Assembly (NCBI RefSeq): GCF_009914755.1
Contig: NC_060926.1
Length of the DNA: 64,000 nucleotides
Source: the human T2T-CHM13v2.0 reference genome, Homo sapiens
Reading direction: 5' to 3' (one strand)
Made by a program: the position numbers and the translations under genes. Below, in pieces: positions 1-15,831 of the stretch. Position 1 is the first letter of the stretch. The number at the start of each line of letters is the position of its first letter. The notes beneath the pieces were generated by a model. That model was not told where the DNA came from and did not search any database. It saw only the letters and a program-made list of their open reading frames with translations.

Positions 1-326
1 AGTGAATCACAGAATGAGGGACAGTGGGCTCTGCTGGATGGGACCTGGGTGTAGGGCATGAGCCAGTGACCCAGGCTTGGAGCTGAAGGTGGGAGACAGT
101 AGTTCTGCACAGAGCTGTTCTTATGCTGGCTGGAAGGGGCTAGGGGGCTGTGATGGGCATGTGATCCCAGTGTAAGAAAATGGGGCTTTTTACAATGTCC
201 CCAGTTGCTGGGGGAGTGTGAGCAGAGCCTAGCCAGCCAGGGATCAGGATATAGGAGCTGGGCAGAAGGTTGGCTGTGATGACCTCCAAGGTCTTTCCCC
301 ACTCTTACATTAAATGTGCACCAGTT

Positions 327-628
<302 letters not shown>

Positions 629-717
629 TGTGTACCAGTCATTCTTTTGTGGATAGCCACTTCCTCACTCTGACTTCCCCCATTGCTTACATATCTTCTG
701 AAAAGAGAAAAAGGTAG

Positions 718-1260
<543 letters not shown>

Positions 1261-1574
1261 TGAGTGGGCAAGGGCACCGCCTCCTGCCGGCAGCTTGGAA
1301 ATGCTCAGAGATGTCTCTTGTCCTTCTAGCAGATTTACAGTGAGGAGGGTAGGAGGTAGAGGTGGAGGATACTGTGGTGAGGCCTTGGGTTGCTTCTGGG
1401 GAGCTAGGTGCATCATGTTTGGGGGCAGAGCATGTGGCTGGACAGGTGACTTGGCTGTGATGGCTGGACAGGTGTGTTAGGAGTAGGTACAAGCCCTTCA
1501 TAGGCTGAACACTCAGGTGGGTGCCTGCTTCTTGGTGGACTGAGGCTGCTGACAGTCAGTTACACAGCTGAGCA

Positions 1575-1810
1575 AAGACACAGCTCAGAGTCAGCAGACC
1601 TGGGTTTCCATCCAAGCTTCTTACTAGCTGTGTGATCTCAGGCAAATCATTGAACCTCTTGGAGCCCCAGTTGTTGTTGTTTATGGGAAAGTGGGGGTGA
1701 AAATGTGCTCCATGGGTTGTTAAGATCATTCAGTAAAAATGATTGCAGAGCAACTAACAAGACGCCCTGGACACTTGGCATGCAATGAGTGCTCAATACC
1801 TGTTGGTTCC
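1575..1810 (+). mobile_element. MIR
   Basis: Degenerate MIR core (gacctgggtt...actagctgtgtgatctcaggcaa...gtgctcaata). Confidence 0.65.
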
Positions 1811-1997
1811 TCCCCTCTTCCCACCCTTTTGAGGTGAGCTCTTCATTTTTGAGAGTGCTGTGGCATAGGTCAGGGACGCAGGAGGAGTCTCTGCTGAGGT
1901 CGCTCAGTTGGGCCAGGTGAGCTCCAAGCTGCCTGCACTGTGGGAGTCCTGCCCAGCCTGGGTTCCCATGGGCTCTTGGTTTCTGTTTCTTCAATAG

Positions 1998-2288
<291 letters not shown>

Positions 2289-3922
2289 TAAGGCCTTGGT
2301 TGGTTCCCAGGCCAGATGTTTCACCAGAGGCTGTGTAGGGCAGAGGTGGAGCCCAGGGCCTCCAAGGCTCTTGGCCAGTGGGCTTTTCTATGTCACAGCC
2401 ACCCACACCTCTGGACGGCTGGAAGTGGAGGTGATGTGGAGATGATCCAGTCCAGCCTCCTCATAGACACATGAGGGAAATGACCCCCCAGGGTCACAAA
2501 GCACCCCAGTGGGTGAGTCAGGAGTGCTGGGAAGGCTTAAGCTGGGCTGGGGCTTGGCGTGGGGTTTGTGGTGATGGGCAGGGAGGGAAAGTGGAGGGAG
2601 GGGAAAAAGGATAGAAGAAAAAACGGTGGGAGCTATGGAAGAGCCATCAGGAAAGGTGAGAGCTTCTAGGTATGAAATCTTGCTTCTGGAACGTTAGGGG
2701 AAATGTTGGTGCATCTGCTTGTGTTTTCTTATTCCTCTCATGGATGCTAAAAGGTGATGTTTGGTGTACCCAGTACGTGGACCAAAGTGCAAATTCCAAA
2801 CTTTAGGTGTGTGGAGAAAGTAGCACATGAGTAGACTTATGGCCAGCCCAGTACAAGGACGAGCTTTCCCAAACAAGCCTTGCTTCAGTACGAGGAAGCC
2901 ATGGTCTGAAAACCACCTGTGTTTGCCTTGTTGCTGTGTGTCCTCATGAGCATAGAGCAACGTCTTGCCTTTAGCATCCAAAGACCATCCTTTAGAGAGG
3001 CTGGACACCCCTCCTGATACACTTGCTGTCCCCCTCCCCCCGACCCCACCCCACTTCCTGGCCTGAGCCCAGCTCCCTGGGGCTGGGACAGGCACCGTGT
3101 CCTTGGCTGGAGGCTCCAGGAAAAGTTTCAGTTACAAATCAAAGGCCTGGTCAGGTCCCTCTCTGCCTCTTGAGTTCATAAATATTGTCAATTTCCACTC
3201 TTCATCTCAGAGGGAATTTATGATTTGCTGAGTTTGTTGCTGTAGAACAAACAATATAAATCCAGCTCTAAATTACGGCTTGTTCTCAGCGTTGCTCTGG
3301 GTAAGTGAGATTGCTCTTGCCAATAACCAAGGCTCTTGGTAAATCACCATGGGCCTTGGATTTATTGGGAAAACCTGTACCAAGCAAAATAGGCTTTAGC
3401 TATTTGAAGAGGATAAGTACCCTTGTCTAGGGAGAGGAATTTTTAACTCTTCCCCCTCCAGGTGTTTTAGTTTCCACTTTTTGCCATCAGGCCAGCCTCC
3501 TTGAGCTCTGGAATTGTGGCGCTTTGGGCAAAAAATCTAGTGTCTCATACTGTCACAAGATTCAGGTCCCTCTTATTTGGGGCCCTGTTGTACCCCTACT
3601 AGACTGGGCATCCTGGAAAGGAGAGCCTGGGGGTGGCCTGCTTTTGTGATCTGAACTCACCTGGTAGCAGGATTGTAGCTACTAGGAAGATGCCTATGTT
3701 CTCCCTTCTGGGACAGGGCCTCCTTGGGTACGGCTGATAATGTACCCTCTGGTTCATCATCCAGAGGCTTTGGTGCAATGGGAAGGGTTGGCTCTCTTCC
3801 TCTCTAATCCATAGGTCAGGGCTTAGGCTGGAATGGAATGGTGTGGCCCTCAAAGGGATGAATGGAGTCCAGTAAATCCCTGGCAAAAGGCTCAGGTGGA
3901 GCCCAAAGGGTAAAATATACTG

Positions 3923-4201
3923 GTTTTTGTTTTTGTTTTTGTTTTTTCGAGATGGAATTTTTGCTGTTGTTACCCAGGCTGGAATGCAATGGCATGATCT
4001 CAGCTCATTGCAATCTCTGCCTCCTAAGTAGCTGGGATTACAGGTGTGTGCCACCACGCCTGGCTAATTTTTTGTATTTTTAGTAGAGATGGGGTTTCAG
4101 TATGTTGGCCAGGCTGGTCTTGAACTCCTGACCTCAGGCGATCCATCTGCCTCGGCCTCCCAAAGTGCTGGGATTACAGGTGTGAGCCACCGTGTCAGGC
4201 C
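3923..4201 (-). mobile_element. AluS (Sp/Sq-like) with an internal deletion in the right arm
   Basis: Reverse Alu with a (TTTTTG)n tail; TSD aaatat(a/g)ctg; ~30 nt missing between two gcctcc motifs near 4020. Confidence 0.92.
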
Positions 4202-5920
4202 AAATATGCTGTTTTGGATCCAGGTAATTTTTGAGCAGGTGAAGCATGGGCTATCTGGGCCTGATGGCTTTGCTGCAAGCCATACCCTCTTAGCCCAGCC
4301 AGCAAAACAGGTTTTGAAAGTGTTCCTAACTTTGAAGTGACCAGCTGATTTCCACATCCATGTAGGTCAGAACTGGAGGGAGTAGGTTACCAACAAGGGG
4401 GACTCATTGCCAGGGAGTACCTAGGGTAGAATCTGCCTCTGGGAATGGTTCTTATCTGCCTGTCATGGTCTGAGCCTGGCCTGCAGATGGAAGTAACTAA
4501 ATTTCCCGCTGTCCCAGGGGATTGGGTGATAGCAGCAGAGAGTGCATCAAATCGGACGGAAGAGAAGGGGTATGAAGTCTTCCCAAATCACCCAAGCTGA
4601 GCCTGGTGGTTCTAGTGGTTTCTTGGGGGACCTTTAACACCTGAGGCCCCTCTTGGAAGTGGCTTGGATCGGACATGATCCAGTTTCTTTGATGGGAAGG
4701 AGCTTTTCCCCAAACCTCCTTCTTCATGCTCCATAAGAAATTCTGGGCTCCAGGCTGGAGACGACTGTTGAATGCTGTGAAATATTTAAATGTGGAAAGT
4801 CACAAAGCAACAGCTCAGCAGGTTACTGTTTATTTCCTGCTAAACTGGAGGTCAAGGGGATCAAGAATAATGCCAAGCTAGGATGCCTTCTGGCATAAAG
4901 TCCAGATGGCACAGCCAAGTCGGGAGGATGGCCTTCTTGGGGGGACCTTCTAGAACTCACTAATTCTAGAATTCAGTGATAAAGAAGCCAGTATCATCGC
5001 TTCTAATCCCTTGGTTTCCCCAGGCTGGGTGGGGTTGAATGGAGTATTGGTTGGCAGAGCAGGTGGGGATTTCTGCCCATGTCCTTTTCATGGGAGGTAG
5101 TAAGGAATGAGACATGTTTGCAGCTTGCTCCCTGACCTCTGCCATCTCTCACTGCCAGCCTTGAGGCCTCTCTGGGATTGGGGCTCAAGTGGCATTCTTC
5201 CTACTCAGCACCAAGACCTTCTGATTTCAGGGGAATTATTCTGGGATCAAGGAAGTTCCTGAGTAGAACTGGTTGGCTCTGTCTTTGGGCTCTTATTGGG
5301 TTAGTTACAGAAGAAACTTCGCTAATGAAAACATCAGGCTGCTGACAGCTCATCCCCTCCCGATCAGACCTCAGCATTCAAGCTTCTCTGTGCCAAAAGG
5401 AACTTTCTTAATTTACTCCAGCCCCTGGTCAGTACTGGAGAGGGCAGATAAGCTTGGAATGCGGGTGGCTTCAGGTCTACTTTTGCTATTTTGCTCTCTG
5501 ACTTTAAATTTATTACCTTATATAAATCATATCAACATTATAATGTTAATGGAATTTAAAAATGCATCCATGGTGCTCCTCCAATATACCAACTGCTTAA
5601 AAATATCTCTTCTATTTTTGTCTATATACAAATTTCCCTTGTTAAAAATCATAATGTAAATATAGTTTTGATTTTGCTTCTTTCATTTAACACTACCCAG
5701 TTTCACATGCTACTGGGCAGTCTTTCTAGTTAATTAGAAAACCGAAAGTTCACTTCTACCACTGTAAAGAAGTCATACTTATTTTGAATAAATGAAGATA
5801 CAAAGCATTTGAAAGGGGAAAAAAATCCCTCACTCATAGTCCCAACTCTTCAGAGAAACCATTATTAACATTTGGCATTTTTTTGAGTTTTTTCCTGTGC
5901 ACATTTGTGTACATGGTTGT

Positions 5921-6395
5921 TGTAGGGTAAATCCACCTGATAGCAATAACTTTAGCATCCCCTTAGAATGATCCTGAATGGCAGACACAATGAGTGTGTG
6001 TTCTGAGCTAGGGTATCTGGGAGTGGCCAACTTGGAGATTCATTCCTTGTTTATGAGGCACATCTGAGCTCCCAACCTTCCCTTGGAACATGAGCCATAC
6101 AGGGGATTGAGGCCCTGAATTTTGGGGTAAATGAAGGTTGCCAGGTGGAAGGTGTTAAGTGAAAGTGCTATGTAAATTGCATGCTGTTTGCAGGCAGTTG
6201 CGATTTTCCTGCCCAGCCCTCCGCCACTGCGCCATAAGGCTCTCCCATTCAGCCTGCTGCCACTAGACTCTCTCCCCTGTAGGTAAGCCCCTAATAAAAC
6301 CCCGTGTCTCGTTTGTTGGCTTTGAGTCTCTTTTTTGGCCTCTTGAACCAGATACCCTTCCTATTAATAGGGGTTAATAGGGGTTCAGCACAGCA
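5921..6395 (+). mobile_element. Solo ERV LTR (tentatively MER54/ERVL-like)
   Basis: TG...CA-bounded block with AATAAA near 6293 followed by U5-like GT-rich sequence. Family is a tentative recollection. Confidence 0.6.
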
Positions 6396-6446
6396 GTTGT
6401 GGTGTTATACATTTGGATTCGCATCCTGCTTTTAAAAAAATCATAG

Positions 6447-6781
<335 letters not shown>

Positions 6782-7339
6782 TGAGTCACTTTTAACAGCT
6801 CCATCACGTGACTGCATCATAACTTGCATGTTTCTGTGCAAGTGAATCAGTCACAGTTTTTTCTTTAGATGAACATCCCTAGTGCTGGTAGCCATGGTGA
6901 ATCTGGTAAAACCAGCGCGTCATAACTTACCAAGTCTTGTGCTTATTTAGGGGACTCCAGTCCGACTCCAGTTTCCTTGCTACCATGTTTTCTACGCTTT
7001 CTTAAAAGCTCTTATCTGGCTTCCCAGTAGCTGGAGGATGATGTGGCCTGGTAGCCTCAGGGCTTGGCTGAATGGGACAGGTGTAAGGCCCCTTAGACCT
7101 CCACCTCATTGTAGAGAGGGGAGTCTGAGCCTAGGAAGGACAGTCTCTGGGCTGCGGCTAGTGGCTGTTTTCTCTCCAATTCAAGGCCAGTCTTTGCCTC
7201 CTTGTGAGGCAGAAAAGGAGCCTAGGAAAGCACCAGGTTAGGCTAATGGAGTGTAGATTTTCAGCTTTTAAAAATTAGATTCTAGCCTCTTCATTGGTCT
7301 CTCTACCATTGTGGTTGCTGGGCTCTCAGAGTTTTAAGG

Positions 7340-7590
7340 TAATAATAGTAACAATAATAGCTGATACTTGCATAGTAATTATATGCTGTAGGCATTATCC
7401 TAAGCACTGTTTATTCATTGAACCCTTACAGCAACTTTATGAGAAAGCTATTAGTATCATCCCCATTTTATAGTTGGGTAAACTGAGTCATAGAGCAGAT
7501 AAGTGGCTTGTCCAATGTTCCACAGTAAAATATGGAAGAACCAGGATTCAAACCCAGGCAATCTGTATTCAGAGCTCTTACAACTGCTAT
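7340..7590 (-). mobile_element. MIR
   Basis: Reverse MIR core atccccattttatag...aaactgag...ggattcaaacccaggc. Confidence 0.75.
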
Positions 7591-7930
7591 GCTTTAGTGT
7601 GTCTTATTGAACCTGGAGGTAACCTGAAAGGTGAGCCTTCACTCTAAAAGTGGCCAGCGGAAAGACAGGCCAAATGCCTGGGCATAGTGCTCTGGGGTTC
7701 ATAAACCAGCCCAGGCACACTGTGTCTTGTTTTGACATTGCCCTGCAGCTACAAGCATTTATTCAGCACCTGCAGTGTGCTGTGCACCGTGGGAGCATGG
7801 TCTGGCACAGGTCTCTGCTGGATATGCATTTTTAAGTGTTCCCCAAATTCACTTCTTTCTGGCTCTGGGGAGAGGGGATGTTTGGGGCCAGAGGCGGGAG
7901 CCCCTGCTGTGTCTAGATGTCAGGTCTAGA

Positions 7931-8453
7931 TGTGTCTAGGGTCAGGTTCCAGCTCATGCTGAGGTCTGAAGGGAGTGGGTGGATGAGCAGAAAGAACACT
8001 CGGGGGGGCTACAGGCAGGTGAAAGATGATTTTATTCAGCAGCAGCTCTCTGCAGCAGCTTACTCTCACACCATCTGCCCTGTCTCAGCTGCTTAGTCTG
8101 TTGGCTCCCACACACAGCTGCGCCGGCTCTCCCTTGCCTTCAGGGTCAGCAGCTTAACTCTTTCCCTCTGGGCACAAGCCGTTTCCTAGCTCCGTGTCCG
8201 ACTGCCAGACGGGCATTCTCTCTTACAGGGGGCAGTAGCTTCACTCTCTCTCTGGGCACACACAAGCCTGCACAGTGTCAGCAGGGCAATTATGCCTTTT
8301 ACAGACCATAGTGGCACAGGGCCAAGGCATGGCCTTCCCATGTTACGACTGTGATAACAAGTGGAGTTATACGTCTGTGCTCTAAACTTGCTGAGTCACT
8401 CTGGATGTTTACCTTGGCCTATCCTTGACCAAAGCACAGCCATGTTCCTTACA
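7931..8453 (-). mobile_element. Solo LTR, LTR18-like (ERVL)
   Basis: TG...CA ends; the reverse strand begins tgtaaggaacatggctgtgc; minus-strand AATAAA near 8031; 5-bp TSD ctaga/ttaga. Confidence 0.75.
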
Positions 8454-10354
8454 TTAGAGAATGTTCTAGGCTGAGCATTGTGGGAGGTGACGGAGGAAGA
8501 AGTCCTTGTCTTCAAATCTGAGCCCAGGTAAATGATGGGGTGGGACAAATAGAAACACCTGGAAACAAACAGGTGCCATTCATATGAAAATCTATTCTTA
8601 ACGCAATTGACAGCTTTACCAATGCACCCCGAGACCTTATCTTGCTAATTACTATATTCTAGAAGCTGGCATCTCATTTATCTCCCAGGGCAAATTATTT
8701 TAAAGCCGCTTGATTTGCGGATGGAGCTTTTGCAAACAGCAGAGATGTACCTGGGTACATTTTCTCCTCTGTATCCCTCAGGAGGACAGCAAGGGAAGCA
8801 GGGATGAGCTCTTAGATAAACTTGTGCCTGATGAGAAAAACAAAGCACTGAGTGCCCCTCTCCAGGAATGCAGGGGCTCTGTGCTGAGGTATTGAAGGAA
8901 CTTGGAAAAAGTGAGACTGGAAAGACTTCCTCGTGCAGAACTCTAAAAACTCTGTCCCCTGTAAAGAGAAGTCTGGCCTGGAGAAGGTCAGCTCCTGGGT
9001 CCCAGGATACACGTGCTGGGGCTGCTGTGGTAACACCACATAGGCCACCTGCCCTCACCTACCTGACAGGTGCAGGCAAGACACAAAGCCACATCTCTGA
9101 AAAATGCATTTTGTTACTTGCCCAACTTCCTACTGAATTAAGTTGTGACTAGTGTGGTTGCAAAATGCTGGGAGCTTGGCATGCTGGTTTCTCTGCAGTC
9201 CACAAGGAGAAGGTTCTGATGATGGTGTGTATTTCTCAGCTTAGCACACCTTTCTAGGACAGGCCCATTTTTCTCACGTTGTGTGTCTTTGTGAGAAATG
9301 CATCTCTTCAAGTTTAATAGTTTGAGAAACCAGGAGGTGTCAGCTAGAATGGAGAGGAACAAGCAGCTTCTAAATTCAGTAGATACGGAGTCCTGCTGCA
9401 GTCGACTTCGGGAATATGAAGGAGCCAGACAGCCAATTTATTCCGGAAATGTCCCCACCCCATTTGCTTGTGTTTTCACCATTAGTGGCTCATCTCTGTA
9501 ATAAACACTCATACTATTTCAGTTCTTTCAAGATACAAATGGGGTGGTGCTCAGTCCCCAGAACTTTACCCATGGGCATGGCTGGGCAGCCAGGGAGCTG
9601 CGCCTCGCAGCTGGGTGTGGCTGGATGGTTGGTGGAGCTGGGATTGGGGGCGGGCACACTGGGACAATTTTTTCAAAAAGGTTTAAAACACCTCTTTTCC
9701 CAAACCTCCCGAAAGGCATATTGGGGCATATAGACGATAAACTCAGCCATCTTTGCAAGTACATTCATGCTGGGTCTGAGACTCAGACCACCTGGAGTTT
9801 ACAAGTAAGGAGAAAATCAGGCCAGGGCAGTGAGGTCATATATAAACCATTGATGATAATATGTGCTCCTCAGCCCACAAACTCCCTCCTCTGACCCTGC
9901 CAGAGCCAGCCGGGTGCTTCTGCTCTGGATAGGATGACCAAGCATCCTGGGTTCCCGGGACTCGGGACCGACAGTGCTGAAATGGGGAGAGCCCGGGCCC
10001 ACCAGGACCAGTCAGTCACCCTGGCCTCAGACCTGCAGGCTTTTGGTTACAAGAGCACAGTGCTTCTCACCTGGTGTCAGGGTTCATGTCTAAGCGTCTG
10101 TCTGCTTGTCAGAGGAGCCTCTTGAGGGGGATGGGAGTACTGGGTTTTACTTGGCTCCTAGCTCTATGCCTGTTACATAGATGATATCAGTATGTGTTCA
10201 GTGTAGAAATGAACCACCACCAGCTGTGGGTACATCTTGGTGGGTAGAGCACAAATTCAGGCTTTGAGAAGAGCTATACTTTCTGAATTTTAATCCTAAC
10301 CCTTTACTGACCTTTGTGTAATCATGGCTCAGTGATTCTGTTTCCCCTAAAACA

Positions 10355-10480
10355 TATCTGTATATCCATCCATCCATCTCTATTATCTATCTTCTATCTA
10401 TCCATCCTCCAACATCTTCTCTCCATCATCCATCCATCCATCCATCTTCTGTCATCTATCTACCTACCTACCTACCTGTC
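10355..10480. repeat. Degenerate (TCCA)n/(TCTA)n/(CCTA)n simple repeat
   Basis: Visible tetranucleotide periodicity. Confidence 0.85.
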
Positions 10481-10762
10481 TACTTTGCTTTGCCCCAAAA
10501 CTCCTGTCAATTTTGAGACGCACAGGCAATATGAACCAGATCTGTGGGAATAAATGAGGCCTGTTTGGGAGCCAGTTTAACTCTTTCAGGCCACTGATTC
10601 TTTCCCAAACACGCTACATACATTCACTTTAAGTGGCCCCTTTGTGACCTGGAAAAATTAATTCAGCTCCCCCAAAGGCCTCATCCCCTTGCAGGTACTG
10701 TGGGTATGTGGCCCTGCAAACCCCTAGTGCTGTCACTCAGCCCCCAGCAGTGTGGCCACTGA

Positions 10763-10993
<231 letters not shown>

Positions 10994-11109
10994 TGAAAAT
11001 CTGCTTTTTTTGTGTGTGACAATCTCCATATTGCCAGAAGACAATCTTTGTTTTTGATCAAAATGAAGTAGGTTTGTACAAAAGCAAAAGTGTTTTTAAA
11101 AAACTGTTA

Positions 11110-11328
11110 CAGGTTGAATCTCCCTAATCAGAAAATTAGAAATGCTCCAAAACCTGAAACTTTTTGAGCGCTGACATGACATTAAAAGAAAATGTACATT
11201 GGGGCATTTCCGATTTCAGATTTTTGGATTAGGGATGCAGAACTGGTATCATGAAAATATTCCAAAATCAGAAAAAAAGCCGAAGTACTTCTGGTACCAA
11301 ACATTTTAGATAAGGGACACTCAACCTG
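11110..11328. mobile_element. Tigger4a/MER46-type DNA transposon MITE
   Basis: Terminal inverted repeats caggttga...tcaacctg, TA on the left flank, internal palindromic structure. Confidence 0.8.
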
Positions 11329-13443
11329 TGTGCGTTTCTTCCTCCTTGCAAACAAGGCTGCTTCTAGCCTATAGAGTACCTTTGTGTGAGTCAGAAAAAA
11401 GCCTCCTTTTTCAGACAGACCATGCCTAGTGGGTGCATATGGCTTGGTCAGTTGACAGCACCATCAAGAGAATTAGAAAAAGTTGCCATGTACAACTTTA
11501 GCATGTGCAGCCTGGCAAGCAGGCACCAGCTGGGTTTCAACCCCTCAGGACCCCTTGGCCAGTGCTGGGACTGTATTATGTGGAGACGGGGCCTTAGCCT
11601 GAGTCTACTCAGCCTTGCTCAAGCTTCAGCTGGTGAAGGGTTGCTCCAATCCTGTTTCTGCTTTGAGTCTGCAGGAGAAGTCCAAGTGACTTCATTCCAG
11701 GGCTGAAATCTGTTCTTGTGGTCCTTGAGGTGGCAACACAGAAAGGACACAGGCTTTGGTGTCCACACACCCATCTGCCACCACCAGCCCTGACCTTGGG
11801 CAGGTTACTTATCTTGGTTTCATGATCATTTTTGCTTGCACAAAGCCTCCTCCCCTGCCTTGGGAAGGTCCCATCTAGGGAGGGGGGCAGAGGGACTCTG
11901 TTCCCTAGACTCCCGATGGTCCCCCTGAAATGCAGACAGATCATGCACCAGCCCTGCTTTAATCTTTGTGAGACTCCTGAGCTGTCTTCAGGATAGTGTC
12001 CAGGCCCCCTGGAGTGGCCCACAGCTGTCACTGCTGCTCTAGGATGTGCCGCCTTCCTCCCACCCCAGCTCTATGCTCATTGAATCCTCATGACCACCCC
12101 ACAGGAGGATGTAGATTCCACTTGGTGGAGAAAAGGAGAATGGAGCTCAGAAAAGTGAAATGCACAAGGTCTCTTGGTGAGGAGCCCAGGATGTGTCCTG
12201 GGAGCCTGGCTGAAGGGCCAAGACCCCAACCCTGTGCTGTGCTGCTTCCCCCTGGCACTCTGCCTCCTGGGTGCCTGCATGCAGTGGCCGGTCTCTCAAC
12301 TTCTTGCTCTGCCCACTTGTGGCTGCCCTGCCCGGAAAGCCTTCTCCATTCTTCTTCCTCTACCTGGGGGATGCCTGCTTGGCTCTGGCATTACCTTCTC
12401 CCTGTGTGCTTCTCAAGACTGCATCCCACATGGTATCACTGGTCTGTCTACTGCCCTCCCCTCCTAGCCCAGCTGTGAGCATCCAGAGAGGGGCCTGGCA
12501 CATGCTGCATGGCTGAGGACCTTGGCACCAGCTGCCCTTTCAGCTTCTCCCCTGCCCCATCTCTTGCGCCTGGCCTTGCCTCTATGCAGGTTCTGTCCTT
12601 CCAGCATTCCTGGAGTGGCCTCTTACCTTACGGGAAGGCAGGTGCGAGTGAGGCAGGGCTGGCTGCAGGTGAGCTGGGGGAGAACAGGGTATGTAAGTAA
12701 GATGGTCCTAGACACCAGACAAGGAACCCTTTGCCATTGCTCAAAGTCAGCATTTTCTGCATGAAAGGTTTACCTGTCCTTGTCTGGGTAATTTACGGGG
12801 CCCAGAGGTGGGCAAGTATCTTCACCTTATCCACTTACTGTAATTTTTTCTTGTCTATTTCCAAGAGACCTCAAAAGAAGAGCTTCTCCATAGGTCTTCT
12901 GTTAACTCTGTGTCCACCAGGAACACAGAAGAAAATTTTTATTGACACAGGCGAGGCCTAATAATAGCACAGCTTAATAGGAGTAAATCTTCTGCTAATT
13001 ACTTCAGCTGCTTCTAAGCTTGAGTTTAATGGGGCTTGCTCCCGCATGCTGGCCCCCAGAAGGGCCTCACCATCTTTGCCAGCTTAAGAGTCAACACCTG
13101 CCAGCCAGGCGACTGCCACATCCTTGCACCTGGGGAATGTGGCTCTGAAGTAGCCTGAGTTCTATTAGCCAAGACGTGATCAGAGAAGGTGGCGTGGGCT
13201 GTGGAATTGAGTTTGGGTGGGGACTGCTACTCTTCCTGTGGAGTGAGCTTCCTGGGGGCTGAAGTGTAAACACGCCTCACTCTGTGGAAGAGAATTCAAG
13301 GAGCAAGAGTGGATAAAATGTAGCAGGATGGGGAAGGAGGCTCTGTTGGGGGGCAGGTAGAGCCCCCCCAGCCTTTGGTGGGGGTGGGGGTGGAGGGTGC
13401 GTGCCTGGGTTTGGCTCTTGAGATAGTTCTCACTTTTCCCTGC

Positions 13444-13792
13444 TGTATTAGCCTGTTCTCATGCTGCTGATAAAGACATATCCGAGACTGGGTAATTTAT
13501 AAAGAAAAAGAGGTTTAATGGACGAACAGTTCCATGTTGCTGGGGAGGCCTCACAATCATGCCACTCATCTTACATGGTGGCAAGGAAGACAGAATTTGT
13601 GCAGGAAAATTCCCCCTTATAACCTTTTAAAACCATCAGATCTCATGAGACTTACTATCACAAGAAGTACACCGGAAAGACCTGCCCCCATGATTCAATT
13701 ACTTCCTACCGGCTCCCTCCCATGACACGTAGGAATTGTGGGAGCTACAATTCAAGATGAGATTTGGGTGGGGACACAGCCAAACTATATCA
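13444..13792 (-). mobile_element. THE1 (MaLR) solo LTR
   Basis: tgtattag...ttctcatgctgct...gagatttgggtggggacacagccaaactatatca matches the reverse THE1 consensus. Confidence 0.9.
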
Positions 13793-13799
13793 CCCCCCA

Positions 13800-14920
<1,121 letters not shown>

Positions 14921-15540
14921 TTTTTGCATTCCATAGGGATTCAGGATACTTTTGAGTTATCGTTATTCAGTGTAGGCGGCTACTCAGGGTCATTCGTTTT
15001 CTTTTGGTTCCCTCTCACTGTCCCCCTTCTAGTTTCCCCTCATCTCCCACCCTGGGGCTGACAGGGACTGCTTTCTTGTCACCTGTTCTCTTCCTACTCA
15101 GCCTGTTTCAAGCACAAGGAATAGAACTCTCAACTCTTTCCAACCAGTGTACCTCTTTGCTCCACTTTAGAAAGCTCCTCCAAGCCCTTTACCCCAGGAT
15201 CCTTTCCTGGGGAATGCTGGGGTGACCCAAAAGGTGCAGTCCTGCCCTTCCAGTTATCAGGACCACCTTCACCTCTGAGGATCCTGTGACCCTCGGAGGT
15301 TCCCTGCAAGAGCCCCAAGGGTGCAGCCTCAAAGCCAACATTCCTTGATAAATGTCACCAAGAGAGTGTCAGGCTGACCAGAGGGTGGCCCAGGGCATCT
15401 TCCCTGGTTCCTCCTTATTCCAGGCTGGCTTTGAAATCAGAGGGACCCGTGGGGCTCTAAGGGGAAGGTATCCTAGGGGATTAGATGATGTGGTCCTGAT
15501 GAAGGAAGGACAAATTGCAGTTTCATGAAAAATAAAACAA

Positions 15541-15831
15541 GGTGGCTCACCTATGATCCCAGCACTTTGGGAGGTCAAGATGGGCAGATTGCTTAAGACC
15601 AGGAGTTCAAGACCAGCCTGGGTAACATAATGAGACCCCCATCTCTACAAAAAAAATTTTTAAAAAAATAACTGAGCGTGGAGGCGCATGCCTGTGGTCC
15701 CAGCTACTGGGGAGGCTGAGGCAGGAGAATTACTTGAGCCTAGGAGGTCGAGACTGCAGTGAACCGTGATCGTGCCACTCTACTCCAGCCTGGGTGACAG
15801 AGCAAGACACTGTCTCAATAAATAAATAAAA
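15541..15831 (+). mobile_element. AluJ
   Basis: J-type diagnostic bases (ggtcgagactgcagtg, gtgatcgtgcc) and an (AAAT)n tail. Confidence 0.9.

Noticed and set aside
7908-7947. Short direct repeats (gtgtctag..gtcagg) at the LTR edge
   Set aside because: A small local duplication at the LTR18-like boundary with no sign of function.
13378-13400. G-run cluster with G-quadruplex potential
   Set aside because: Intronic, common in GC-rich human DNA, and with no supporting context.
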